20,078 nt of DNA. It comes from a bacterium. Lineage in GTDB: Bacteria; JAHJDO01. The stretch covers positions 1-20,078 of the forward strand of contig JBDRTG010000017.1 in NCBI GenBank assembly GCA_043824255.1. Reading direction: 5' to 3'. Made by a program: the position numbers and the translations under genes. Position 1 is the stretch's first letter. Every line of letters starts with the position of its first letter. Shown here piece by piece: positions 1-9,245 of this stretch. The notes beneath the pieces are model-generated. The model was given only the letters and a program-made list of their open reading frames with translations. It was not told where the DNA came from and did no database searches.

Positions 1-710
1 TCTATCGCGGTTTTCCAGCAGGCATCATTGAGTTTGCCGTCTATTAGCGGAGCTGTTTTTACTTTACCAGAGAGGAGATAAGGTAAATTTAAATTAATTG
101 CCTCTCTTTTTATCCGGGAATATCCCTGGGCTTCTATTACCTCTACATCATCAAACCAGGCGCTTCCGATACCGTCAAAGAAAAGGTCTATCCTGGCAAA
201 TTTAGCCTTCTCCGGGGTACGCACAAGAAAATACGCCCGAGTCCAGTCATTCTCTCCGGTTAAATCCGGATTATATTCCTTGCGTCCCTCCTTGAGCCCC
301 TGGCTCTGCTCATCATAAAAACTGATTGCTAATCTCTTTACCCTACCCTCATTGGGAATGGTCTGGGTCTTAATCCAGACTGAGACCGTATATACCTTTC
401 CTTCCTCTACCGGGATGAGTTCTCCGCCATGCTGATTATCCCAAACACCTGTCTGCTTGGCTTCCATACCCTGGACTTTTAAGGAATGGGTGCCGGTGTG
501 AGCAACCGTATCATCCCGGATGCATTTGGATGTCGCTTTCACTCCTTTAGGTGCCCAGGCCCAGAAAGCCCAGCTAATTACTTTATTTCCTTCTCCCTGT
601 TCAAAGGATGGATTAGGAGCAAGGTTCTTACCTTTTTCTTCTGCATTTAGCAAACTTAAACAACTACAAACAGCTAAAACAACCAACCCAACAACTATAC
701 TCTTTCTCAT
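1..710 (-). CDS. Secreted carbohydrate-binding protein (signal peptide + CBM4/9-like domain + start of CBM9-like domain); 3' end lies outside the window
   Basis: Not in the ORF track; translated by hand from ATG 710-708 with GGAGG upstream: MRKSIVVGLVVLAVCSCLSLLNA-EEKGKNLAPNPSFEQG...AHTGTHSLKV...YTVSVWIKT...DWTRAYF...GSAWFDDVEV...APLIDGKLNDACWKTA. NPSFE/WFDDV are typical of CBM4/9 beta-sandwiches; PxIDGxLxDxxW is typical of CBM9-like starts. The frame is open to the window edge. Confidence 0.8.
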   Translation of the reverse strand, partial: MRKSIVVGLVVLAVCSCLSLLNAEEKGKNLAPNPSFEQGEGNKVISWAFWAWAPKGVKATSKCIRDDTVAHTGTHSLKVQGMEAKQTGVWDNQHGGELIPVEEGKVYTVSVWIKTQTIPNEGRVKRLAISFYDEQSQGLKEGRKEYNPDLTGENDWTRAYFLVRTPEKAKFARIDLFFDGIGSAWFDDVEVIEAQGYSRIKREAINLNLPYLLSGKVKTAPLIDGKLNDACWKTAI

Positions 711-787
711 CTTACCCTCCATTTTATTTTAAAATAATCTCAACTCCAGTGAACAAAACCATCTTCAGCATATACGCCAGATAAATT

Positions 788-1513
788 TTAATTGTCCGAG
801 GAAAAATCTTCCCAGTCGGCTTTTATGTCAGCGTCAAAGCTCCAGCGGCTACCAATTTGGGCTATATTCGTATAAAAAGTTACCCTCCCATCCGCATAAA
901 GCACATTCCAGCCAGTTTCATGAGCGCAGCGATCAGGAAAATAATCATCCGGGCCAAACTTATCCGCCACTATCGCCCAATCAGGATGTTTGAAAAGCCT
1001 GATCGAACTGCCATTCCCATCTTCTGCATCCCGCGCCATGTAAGTACAGACGAGCCTTTCGCTGGGTCCAGAAGCTACATAATCCTTCCATTTCTGGTAA
1101 TAATTGGCTGCACCACCTCTACCCCCAAAGTAGTTGTGAGATGGGCAGAAGTAGACATCTCCGTTGCCGATGTATCCCTCGGTATAGAGAATACCTAAAC
1201 GGGAAGGCCCCAACACATGGTGGAGAAGGTAAATAGTCTGACCATAAGCATCGGTTCCTGAACCGTAATAATAATTATAAGGCTCCATACTTCCTAAAGA
1301 TGGACCATAACCATCATTGTCGTCTGCATACATCAAATAGGCAAGACCTATCTGTCTTAGGTTGCTTACACATACTGTCTTTCGCGCCATCTTCCTTGCT
1401 TGAGAAAGAGCGGGTAATAACATCGATGCAAGCAGAGCTATGATAGCTATAACGACCAAAAGCTCTATAAGCGTAAAACCTTTCACTTTTATTCTACTTT
1501 CTTTTCTCATCAT
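788..1513 (-). CDS. Prepilin-type N-terminal cleavage/methylation protein with H-X9-DG motif (DUF1559-like)
   Basis: Basic leader then [28 protein letters not shown]...[13 protein letters not shown], and C-terminal [20 protein letters not shown] upstream. Confidence 0.92.
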   Translation of the reverse strand: MMRKESRIKVKGFTLIELLVVIAIIALLASMLLPALSQARKMARKTVCVSNLRQIGLAYLMYADDNDGYGPSLGSMEPYNYYYGSGTDAYGQTIYLLHHVLGPSRLGILYTEGYIGNGDVYFCPSHNYFGGRGGAANYYQKWKDYVASGPSERLVCTYMARDAEDGNGSSIRLFKHPDWAIVADKFGPDDYFPDRCAHETGWNVLYADGRVTFYTNIAQIGSRWSFDADIKADWEDFSSDN

Positions 1514-1541
1514 CTTTTTTGCCTCCTTTGTTTTATCATTT

Positions 1542-3470
1542 TTATATCCAGAATACTTGATTGCCAGTATGTCCTGTTATCAGGTCAATGACAAACCAGA
1601 GGCCTGCGGTAACCAGCTGCCCAAGGATCAGCCCCAGGAAAAATGGTTTTGAAGCCCTGTATACCTTATTCCCTCCATATCTTGTGAGCACTGCTTTTAT
1701 TATCCATGCAATGAATATGCTGAACCACACATCATTCATTCTAACTGTAGCGCTTATTGGATATGCCACAGGATGTAGTGGCCACCACAGAAGCCTGTAT
1801 CTCATAAACATCAGAAATGCCATAAATCCTCCGCCTATTGCTGTATGCAGCCAGCCCAGCCAGTTCACTCCTGTTGGATGCAATATCTTATCTGCCACAT
1901 ACTTGTATGGCGCCTGTGGTCCTCTTATGAAGAACCACGAATTCATATTTATTCCTCCATGCGTGTAAGCCAGTTTCAATGCTGTCCAGAATGTAGCGCC
2001 AAGACCTATTACCAGCGCCGCTAATATAAACCAGAAAAGCTTTCTTCTGTTTGCCTTTATTATCTCTATTATCTTAAGGCTATGCGCTGTTGCTGCCATT
2101 ACAAACGTTCTCAGGTCTGAACCCCATACATATGTGAATGCCAAGCTTACCATGCCCCCAGCTCCAAATATAGATGTTCCTAAACCTGACACTGCAAGAG
2201 GAGGAGCTATTGACGGCGCTACTGCTACTGCCAGTCCTCCCTCTGCCACTATTCTTGTCAAACCTATAAACAATACCAGAGCAAAAAACATGAATACAGG
2301 AACTGTTATCAGGGGCATACCGCTAAAGTACAGCCATGCACCCATTACAATTAAACCTGTCAAGAGCGAGTATGCTGATGCTTTGTAGGAGAGTATCTCA
2401 CTGGTGTCGTCTATATCTTTTCTTCTCCCGAACGCTTTACCAAACACATCCTTAAGATGTTCTCTTGCCATCCATAAGCCTGTTACTACCAATACTATCA
2501 TTCCCCCTGTCTGCTGATGGTACAGCATTGGAGAATTCTGTATCCCAAAAATACCTAGATTTTCGCTGAAGCCAAATCCCGTAATATTGCAGATTCCCTT
2601 TATCGCTATTGATAACAGGTATAAAAACCATAAACTGAACGCCAGCTGCATGTTGATAAAATACGCATACCCTATCATTGGAAAGCTTACTCTGAAGGGC
2701 ATATTTAGAGTGTTACGAAATATTGGAATACTATTAACGAGATTTATATTAGGAATAAAATGAAAATAATGATGAAACGCGTTTATTGAACTGATTATGA
2801 ATGGAATGGCAAATCCAAGCCACATTATCCTGCTTTTGAAGAATGGTCTTATTATGGAACCGTTTTCATCTTTCACCATCTCCAGAGGCAGTTGCGCTAA
2901 CGGATATATCAATCTCTCCTTCTCTACCCATTGTTTTCTTAATATCACCATTATTGTTATCATTACCATATATAGGGACATAAGGAATATCATCCAGAAA
3001 CATATTGGTTTTAGCCATGCTGACCAGGGTATACTCGCTCCCTTTGGCATCCCTTCATAGAACTGTCTTATTACCTCTTTGCCCTGTGGCACCATCCAGC
3101 TTTTTATATGCGGCTGTATTAACTCTGCCCATCTGTTTGTCGGGGTTGCAAAGTAGAATGGGGCTGTGATCATCGGAAATAATTGCGCGCCAAGTCCCAT
3201 TGTTGCTACTGAAGAGGTTACAAGCATCATGATGTATATTACAAGAAGCTCTGAGGAATTAAGGGCTATTCTCTTACTTATCAATTTAAGTATAACCGCT
3301 ATACCGCCTACAAGAACAAAAAACAGGAATATCGCTCCTGCTGGCATGAAGTCTATTGCCATAAAAGAACCATGAACAATATTCATGGAGTAATGCGCCA
3401 TTACTGGGATGAGAAAACACAGCAACGCACCTATTGCAAAACTCTTTAGACCTACTTGTTTATTTTTCAA
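1542..3470 (-). CDS. Large polytopic membrane protein, DUF6785/DUF6784-like (putative transporter)
   Basis: 642 aa with many hydrophobic segments; motifs [32 protein letters not shown]....PFFLGL match my recollection of this family. The TTG start overlaps the upstream stop (TTGA, 3467-3470). Confidence 0.7.
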   Translation of the reverse strand: MKNKQVGLKSFAIGALLCFLIPVMAHYSMNIVHGSFMAIDFMPAGAIFLFFVLVGGIAVILKLISKRIALNSSELLVIYIMMLVTSSVATMGLGAQLFPMITAPFYFATPTNRWAELIQPHIKSWMVPQGKEVIRQFYEGMPKGASIPWSAWLKPICFWMIFLMSLYMVMITIMVILRKQWVEKERLIYPLAQLPLEMVKDENGSIIRPFFKSRIMWLGFAIPFIISSINAFHHYFHFIPNINLVNSIPIFRNTLNMPFRVSFPMIGYAYFINMQLAFSLWFLYLLSIAIKGICNITGFGFSENLGIFGIQNSPMLYHQQTGGMIVLVVTGLWMAREHLKDVFGKAFGRRKDIDDTSEILSYKASAYSLLTGLIVMGAWLYFSGMPLITVPVFMFFALVLFIGLTRIVAEGGLAVAVAPSIAPPLAVSGLGTSIFGAGGMVSLAFTYVWGSDLRTFVMAATAHSLKIIEIIKANRRKLFWFILAALVIGLGATFWTALKLAYTHGGINMNSWFFIRGPQAPYKYVADKILHPTGVNWLGWLHTAIGGGFMAFLMFMRYRLLWWPLHPVAYPISATVRMNDVWFSIFIAWIIKAVLTRYGGNKVYRASKPFFLGLILGQLVTAGLWFVIDLITGHTGNQVFWI

Positions 3471-4549
3471 TTCTTTCTTACCGAACTTTCTCTGATAATT
3501 AATTTTGCAGAGAGAACGATCCTTTCTGCTTTTTTATCCGGCTTCTCTATTCTTTTTCTGAGAAGCTGAATAGCTTTTTCCCCTATCTCTTCTCTTGGCT
3601 GGCGGACAGTTGTCAAAGGAACTTTTAATTTGTATGCAATAGTAGAATCGTCAAAACCAACAAGACCAATATCTTTCGGAACATTGAGCCCTGCTTCTTC
3701 AATCGCTTTAAAAGCGCCATATGCAAAAACATCATTAACTCCAAAGAAAGCATCAGGCTTTTGCTTTGCTAACAAATTTTTGGCAAGGAGATACGCGTCC
3801 TTCTCAAACCTGGCTTTAGAAAAGGAAATGAGCTTCTCGTCGCAGGATATGCCAACTTCTTCCAGAGCTTTCTTGTAGCCATTAAGTCTATCCTTTGCAC
3901 TGGAACAATATGGCGTGCTAATAAAGGCAATTCTCCGATAACCCTGCTCAAGAAGATGACGGGTAAGAGAATAGCCCATTTCTTCATTATTGATAATTAC
4001 ACAATCGGTGGGATAATTTTCAAGATAACCGTCTATAAGAACATACGAGATAGACGCTTTCTCTATCTGACGCAAGAGATTTAAATTTATTTCTTCATAC
4101 TTCTTCTCTGTCATAAGAGGGGCAATAATTAAACCATCAACTTTTCTCTCCTGATAAAGCTGAATATACTTCTTGAACCTTTGATAACTGTTGTCAGTAT
4201 GACCAAGAAGAAGATTTCCTCCTGTCTTATAAACTTCTTCTTCTACTGTTCTTGCAACTTCTCCCCAGATATACGGCTTATCAAGCTCGCGAGCAAGTAT
4301 GCCGATAAGCCCTGTTCTCTGGAGAGGCTTTTTAGGGGAAAGAAACGTCCCCTTTCCTTGAATTCGGTATAGTAGCCCTTCAGCGCTTAACTCTGAGATT
4401 GCTTTGCTTACAGTGAATCTGCTGACATTATATTCTTTAGCTAATCTTGGTTCGGATGAAAGAGATTGATGCGGAGAAAAATGCTTTATCCTTTTTTCAA
4501 GTAATTTTTTTACTTGTCCGCATTTAGTAATTGTTCTTATCTCTTTCAT
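3467..4549 (-). CDS. GntR-type wHTH + LacI-type sugar-binding domain transcriptional regulator (AraR-like)
   Basis: N-terminal SEPRLAKEYNVSRFTVSKAISEL..EG..YRIQGKGTF; C-terminal GYRRIAFI, RLNGY, VPKDIGLVGFDD, PLTTVRQP, LIIRESS. Confidence 0.93.
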   Translation of the reverse strand: MKEIRTITKCGQVKKLLEKRIKHFSPHQSLSSEPRLAKEYNVSRFTVSKAISELSAEGLLYRIQGKGTFLSPKKPLQRTGLIGILARELDKPYIWGEVARTVEEEVYKTGGNLLLGHTDNSYQRFKKYIQLYQERKVDGLIIAPLMTEKKYEEINLNLLRQIEKASISYVLIDGYLENYPTDCVIINNEEMGYSLTRHLLEQGYRRIAFISTPYCSSAKDRLNGYKKALEEVGISCDEKLISFSKARFEKDAYLLAKNLLAKQKPDAFFGVNDVFAYGAFKAIEEAGLNVPKDIGLVGFDDSTIAYKLKVPLTTVRQPREEIGEKAIQLLRKRIEKPDKKAERIVLSAKLIIRESSVRKN

Positions 4550-4557
4550 GCTTTTTA

Positions 4558-4586
4558 ATTTTACAACATGTCCAGTTGTCTGTCAA
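4558..4586 (-). promoter_or_regulatory. Sigma70-type promoter TTGACA-N17-TAAAAT with a candidate operator in the spacer
   Basis: Minus strand: TTGACA (4586-4581), 17-nt spacer, TAAAAT (4563-4558), 8 nt before the ATG at 4549. An inverted repeat ACAAC-N7-GTTGT lies at 4563-4579. Confidence 0.75.
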
Positions 4587-4640
4587 CTTTTTTCTGGAGT
4601 CCCCACATTTTTTTGATAGTAGAAAGCGTAAAGAAACAGA

Positions 4641-4657
4641 CTAAGAAGTTCCTAAGA
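4641..4657. repeat. 17-bp direct repeat, copy 1 (CTAAGAAGTTCCTAAGA)
   Basis: Identical to 5751-5767; contains the hydrolase stop codon. Confidence 0.9.
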
Positions 4658-5698
4658 GCGCAGTTTTCGGATTTCTTTCATCATGACAGGCCATGCCTCT
4701 TTAGCGTAGAAGCGGTGGCCTTCATCTCCAGTAACAAGATGGCAGTGATCTATGGCGCCGCAGGCTTTGTAGATCCGCTGAAGATTCTTGAAGGCTTTGC
4801 GAGTTTCACGGATGGGGAAAATCAGATCTTTCCTCCCTGCAACAATTACTACTGGTTTGGGGGCAAAGAGACCTATAATGTCTGACATCTCGGCATATTT
4901 CAATAAACTTGGAATATAGTTATCTGCACAGTGATAGATGGACATGATTGAGCCCTTGAATGTGCAGAAAAAACATGAGGGCATGGCAAACGAGATGCGT
5001 TGTAGCAGTGCTGCAGAGAACAGGCTTATCGTTCCTCCCCCGGAATTGCCCATCACTCCGATCGACTTCATGTCAACGTCGCCGCGGGAAGCAAGGTAGT
5101 CAATTCCCCGATCAACATCGTAGACACGTTCTCCAATGAGTGTTTTGCCCAGCATGAGGGCATGCATGACAGCATCGTGGCAACCATGAGGAGACACTTG
5201 TTTTTGTTTCTTCTCTCCTCGCTCACCAAAGGAGCGTTGCTCAATACACAGGGCCCCAATCCCACGACTCATGCAGCCGAGAGCGAAATCGCGATCTCCG
5301 GGAACCTTCAGTGGTTTTGTTTCGCCTTCCTGTTGGACTGCAATGGAATTATGCATTCCAGTTGAATGTCCCTGAAGACAAATCATGAATATAAATGGAG
5401 GCTTCGTATCTTTTGGCAAGCAGACATAAGCGGGCACGTCGCAATATGGCTCGCTGGTGAAAACAATTTTCTCGATTTTGCCCAAGGGATGCATACGCGT
5501 CCAGATATGCCTCACGTTTAACGGAACAGACTTTTCTGGTATGTCTCCTATCAGTTGATGGAGTTTCCGACGTAGCCGTAGCTGCCAGTTTCTAACATCT
5601 CCGCCATCATACTTCAAAGATGATACCATCTTAGTCATGATATAATGATGGTATTCAGATGGACTGAAACAAAAACCACTTTTCTGTTTTTTTACCAT
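4652..5698 (-). CDS. Alpha/beta hydrolase (acetyl-esterase / dienelactone-hydrolase-like)
   Basis: Nucleophile elbow GNSGGG, CLQGH, YHCADNYIP, APKP, GRKDLIFP (acid residue), GHRF (catalytic His); AAGGAG RBS. Confidence 0.85.
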   Translation of the reverse strand: MVKKQKSGFCFSPSEYHHYIMTKMVSSLKYDGGDVRNWQLRLRRKLHQLIGDIPEKSVPLNVRHIWTRMHPLGKIEKIVFTSEPYCDVPAYVCLPKDTKPPFIFMICLQGHSTGMHNSIAVQQEGETKPLKVPGDRDFALGCMSRGIGALCIEQRSFGERGEKKQKQVSPHGCHDAVMHALMLGKTLIGERVYDVDRGIDYLASRGDVDMKSIGVMGNSGGGTISLFSAALLQRISFAMPSCFFCTFKGSIMSIYHCADNYIPSLLKYAEMSDIIGLFAPKPVVIVAGRKDLIFPIRETRKAFKNLQRIYKACGAIDHCHLVTGDEGHRFYAKEAWPVMMKEIRKLRS

Positions 5699-5750
5699 GT
5701 ACTTATCTCCTTCAGCAAATAATTAATTGTATCAAGAATATCCTAAGAAG

Positions 5751-5767
5751 CTAAGAAGTTCCTAAGA
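5751..5767. repeat. 17-bp direct repeat, copy 2 (the last 17 nt of polX)
   Basis: Identical to 4641-4657. A degenerate tandem copy lies at 5732-5749 (14/18 matches to 5751-5768). Confidence 0.9.
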
Positions 5768-7478
5768 ATTTTCGCAATTCATCTATATCAAGACAGTTTA
5801 TAACGTCTTGTTTTTCGAGCCAGCCGCGTCTGGCGACTCCAATGCCAAATTTGGCGAAATCTAGTTGTGAAATACTATGAGCATCTGTATTAATTGCAAA
5901 CTTGGCGCCTCTTTTCTTTGCTTCCTGAAGATAAATATCAGCTAGATCCAGGCGCTCAGGAAAAGCATTTATTTCAAGCGCAGTTCCTGTATCTGCTGCT
6001 GCTTTGATAATAGCTGGAATATCTATTTTATACGCTTCTCTTTTCCCAAGTAAGCGGCCTGTAGGATGGGCAATAATATCAACATTTCTGTTTTTCATAG
6101 CTTTTATAATTCTGGCTGTATTTACCTTTTCATCCTGGGAGAATCCAGTGTGTATTGCACCAATTACAATATCCAGAGTTCCCAATATATCATCGCTGAA
6201 ATCAAGTTCTCCATTAATATGTATCTCCAGTTCAATACCTGATAATATCTGAAAGTTCTTATATTTATTATTTAATTCATCAATCTCCTTTTGCCGTTCT
6301 ATGAGCCCTCCTTCGTTTAGCCCTCCTGCAACCTTCAGACTTTTAGAATGGTCGCATATTGCTATATATTGATATTCTCTTTTTATTGCAGCTTCTGCCA
6401 TTTCCTCTATAGAATTTGTTCCATCACTCCAGTTTGAGTGAATATGTAAATCCCCTCTTAAGTCACTAATTTCTATTAACCTTGGAAGTTTTCCTGAAAG
6501 TCCTGCCTCAATTTCTCCACGATCCTCTCTTATTTCAGGACAGATATAAGGCATACCAATACTTTTAAAGACATCAATCTCCTCTCTTCCAGCGATTTTC
6601 TTATCTTCTAGTAACTTAGCTCGTTTAAAAACACCATATTCATTAATTTTAAGCCCCTTTTTAATACCTAATTCTCTTATTCTTATGTTGTGAGCTTTTG
6701 ACCCTGTAAAATAATGAAGTGCTGCACCAAAGGAATCTGTTTGTACAACCCGTATATCCACCTGTCTTCCACCCTCAATTCTAACACTTGAACGCGTGTT
6801 TCCTTTTGCCAGTATTTGCTCAACCTGAGGCAATGTTGTAAAAGCATCCATTACTTGATCCGGTTTATTAGATGCAACCAGTATATCGATATCTCCTATT
6901 GTCTCCCGGCGTCTGCGCAAGCTGCCTGCAATACTGATGTTATGTACAGCCGGCACTTTTTTAAGCAGGCTGATTATATTTCCTGCAATTAGCTCTGCCT
7001 CGTATATGGGAATTCGTTCTTTGGTTTCCCGCAGGATTTTAATTCCACGGATAATATTTTCTTCCTTTTTCTCTCCCATACCTGGAAACTTTGCCAGTTT
7101 ATGATCTTTTGCTGCTTTCTCAAGATCTTCAACACTTGTTATACCCAGTTCTTTGTAGATAAGAGCAACTGTTTTAGGCCCAACACTTGATATGTTCAAC
7201 ATATCAAGTAATCCGGAAGGCACACTTTTCTTAATTGTCTCATACTCTTTAAGTTTTCCTGTTTGTATAAGCTCTGATATTTTTCCAGCAATTCCCTCTC
7301 CAATGCCCGGTATGTTTGGCAACTTGCCATTAGTGCGGATATCTTTAATAGATTGAGATAGTTCTTCGATTACCTGAGCAGCTCTTCTATAAGCCCTTAT
7401 TCTAAATGGATTTTCAGCTTTAATCTCCAGAATATCAGCTATAGAGTGGAATATTTCGGCAATTTCTCTATTATTCAC
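5751..7478 (-). CDS. polX: DNA polymerase X / PHP 3'-5' exonuclease PolX
   Basis: ENPFRIRAYRRAA, HhH motifs, AGSLRR..ETIGDIDIL and QVDIRVV (three catalytic Asp present), YFTGSK.HN; PHP motifs DLHIHS, DHS, HPTGR, NTDAH. GTG start. Confidence 0.96.
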   Translation of the reverse strand: MNNREIAEIFHSIADILEIKAENPFRIRAYRRAAQVIEELSQSIKDIRTNGKLPNIPGIGEGIAGKISELIQTGKLKEYETIKKSVPSGLLDMLNISSVGPKTVALIYKELGITSVEDLEKAAKDHKLAKFPGMGEKKEENIIRGIKILRETKERIPIYEAELIAGNIISLLKKVPAVHNISIAGSLRRRRETIGDIDILVASNKPDQVMDAFTTLPQVEQILAKGNTRSSVRIEGGRQVDIRVVQTDSFGAALHYFTGSKAHNIRIRELGIKKGLKINEYGVFKRAKLLEDKKIAGREEIDVFKSIGMPYICPEIREDRGEIEAGLSGKLPRLIEISDLRGDLHIHSNWSDGTNSIEEMAEAAIKREYQYIAICDHSKSLKVAGGLNEGGLIERQKEIDELNNKYKNFQILSGIELEIHINGELDFSDDILGTLDIVIGAIHTGFSQDEKVNTARIIKAMKNRNVDIIAHPTGRLLGKREAYKIDIPAIIKAAADTGTALEINAFPERLDLADIYLQEAKKRGAKFAINTDAHSISQLDFAKFGIGVARRGWLEKQDVINCLDIDELRKFLGTS

Positions 7479-7954
7479 AGTTCTTTAACATGCAGACTAG
7501 CGATTGCCTGTGCAGCAACAGCTTTTCCCTCTCCTATTGGTCCGAGTTGTTCATATGTTTTAGCTTTTATGCTTATTTTATCCTTTTTAGTATTTAAGGC
7601 TTTGGCAATGTTCAATTTCATACCATCAATATAAGGAGCCATCTTGGGTTTTTCTGCAAATATAATGGTATCAATATTGTTAATTTCAAGATTTTCCATT
7701 CGTAGGATAGGATCCATTTCTTCAAGAAATTTAAGACTGGAGATACCATCAAAAAGCGGGTCATCATCTGGAAAATGTTGTCCGATATCACCTTTATTTA
7801 TTGCACCAAGAATCCCATCACATATAGCATGAACTAGAACATCTCCGTCAGAGTGGCCTTTTAGTCCAAATAAAAAAGGAATCTTCACCCCGCCTATAAT
7901 AAGATCACGGTTTATAACTAATCTGTGTATATCATAACCTATTCCAATCAGCAT
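7475..7954 (-). CDS. ispF: 2-C-methyl-D-erythritol 2,4-cyclodiphosphate synthase
   Basis: IGIGYDIHRL, GHSDGDVLVHA, GDIGQHFPD, SIKAKTYE. Confidence 0.97.
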   Translation of the reverse strand: MLIGIGYDIHRLVINRDLIIGGVKIPFLFGLKGHSDGDVLVHAICDGILGAINKGDIGQHFPDDDPLFDGISSLKFLEEMDPILRMENLEINNIDTIIFAEKPKMAPYIDGMKLNIAKALNTKKDKISIKAKTYEQLGPIGEGKAVAAQAIASLHVKEL

Positions 7955-8625
7955 TTGTAATTACCTCCAAGTAATTTGAATTGTTTTTGATCTGTAATTT
8001 TTATATTCATTTCAGAGCCTGGAACTATCCTGACAGAATGATTCAATTGTTCCACTAATGAAGCATCGTCCGTTCCCGAAAACTTATTTTTCTCAGCTTT
8101 TTGGTATGCGGTTTTTATAAGATCGTATCTAAATACCTGAGGAGTTTGAACTCTCCATAAATTGGTTCTGTCAACAGTTCTTTCAATACAATTATCCTTA
8201 ACCAGTTTTATTGTGTCAAACAGAGGAAGCCCTATTACAGCAGCACCATGCTTATGAGCAGTTTTTATTGATTTGTTGATAAGCTCTTGTGTAATAAAGG
8301 GTCTTACTGCGTCATGAATCAATATAATATCAGGCGCGTTTCTAATACTCATAAGTCCATTATAAACTGATTCCTGTCTTGTTTTGCCTCCACAGACAAT
8401 TCTTGAAACTTTTTTGATATTGTATTTTTGAATCAGCAAACGCGACTTTTCTATGTATTTTTTATCTGAAATCAGGATGATTTCCTTTATGCATTTCGCA
8501 TTATCAAGTATGTTCAATGTGTGAATGAGAACAGGTTTGTTACCTAAGTCAAGATACTGTTTTGGAAGGGCAGTTTTCATTCTTGCCCCAGACCCAGCAT
8601 TAGGGACTAGTGCACATACTCTCAT
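7948..8625 (-). CDS. ispD: 2-C-methyl-D-erythritol 4-phosphate cytidylyltransferase
   Basis: AGSGARM...PKQY, GG.TRQESVYNGL, IHDAVRPF, QTPQVF, TDDASLVE, NIKIT; adjacent to ispF. Confidence 0.96.
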   Translation of the reverse strand: MRVCALVPNAGSGARMKTALPKQYLDLGNKPVLIHTLNILDNAKCIKEIILISDKKYIEKSRLLIQKYNIKKVSRIVCGGKTRQESVYNGLMSIRNAPDIILIHDAVRPFITQELINKSIKTAHKHGAAVIGLPLFDTIKLVKDNCIERTVDRTNLWRVQTPQVFRYDLIKTAYQKAEKNKFSGTDDASLVEQLNHSVRIVPGSEMNIKITDQKQFKLLGGNYKC

Positions 8626-9245
8626 TATTTCGCCCGCGCAATATCCTTAATCTTCATTAGCCTGACAATGTTTGCAAGCTCAAGTTCGCTGAGCTTCATT
8701 GTAATATAGGTTATTGTTTCTTCCAGATTTGGTATTAAGATATATTCTAGTGCATTGACTCTTCTTCTGGTTTTCTTTATCTCATCTGCTACCAGATGTA
8801 TGAGCTTTTCTATTTCTGCCAGCTTCAGCATTTCAGGAAGAAGCGCGCTCAGCATGCTTAATGCAATGTCCATGTCTGGTGATGTATCTTTAAATCCATA
8901 GGAAAATGGATTCCCTGGTTTGCTTATTTCAATGTGTGGTGCTTTTATATTGAGAACTGTTAGTTTTGATGAAAGAAATTCTGGTACTTCTTGAGGGTAT
9001 TTTATGGCAGAGTATAATGATTCTTTATTTGTCCGGGAGCATACGCCCAAATACAGATTAAAGATTTTTTTAAGTTCCTCATCAACTTTTTTACGAAGCT
9101 CTTTGTTATGATCCAGAAATATCATGAACCTGCGCATAAGTTCATCCTGTTTGTCCTTAAGCAGCTTATGTCCACGCCTTGCAAGCGCAAGTCTTCGCCT
9201 AAGATTTAGCACCTCCATTCGCGTTGGATTTACCTGAATTCTCAT
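8625..9245 (-). CDS. ntpD: V/A-type ATP synthase subunit D
   Basis: VNPTRME...L.LARRGHKLLKDKQDELM at the N-terminus and EIKKTRRRVNALEY..IP...ETI.YI.MKL.E.E....RLMKIK at the C-terminus. Confidence 0.94.
   Translation of the reverse strand: MRIQVNPTRMEVLNLRRRLALARRGHKLLKDKQDELMRRFMIFLDHNKELRKKVDEELKKIFNLYLGVCSRTNKESLYSAIKYPQEVPEFLSSKLTVLNIKAPHIEISKPGNPFSYGFKDTSPDMDIALSMLSALLPEMLKLAEIEKLIHLVADEIKKTRRRVNALEYILIPNLEETITYITMKLSELELANIVRLMKIKDIARAK

Noticed and set aside
788..1513. GC step within the prepilin gene indicating mosaicism
   Set aside because: Spot counts overlap between the 5' part (25-29 of 60) and the 3' part (26-33 of 60), so the step is not convincing.
5751..7478. Catalytically dead PolX variant
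   Set aside because: The GDID and third Asp (QVDIR) and the PHP metal ligands are all present.
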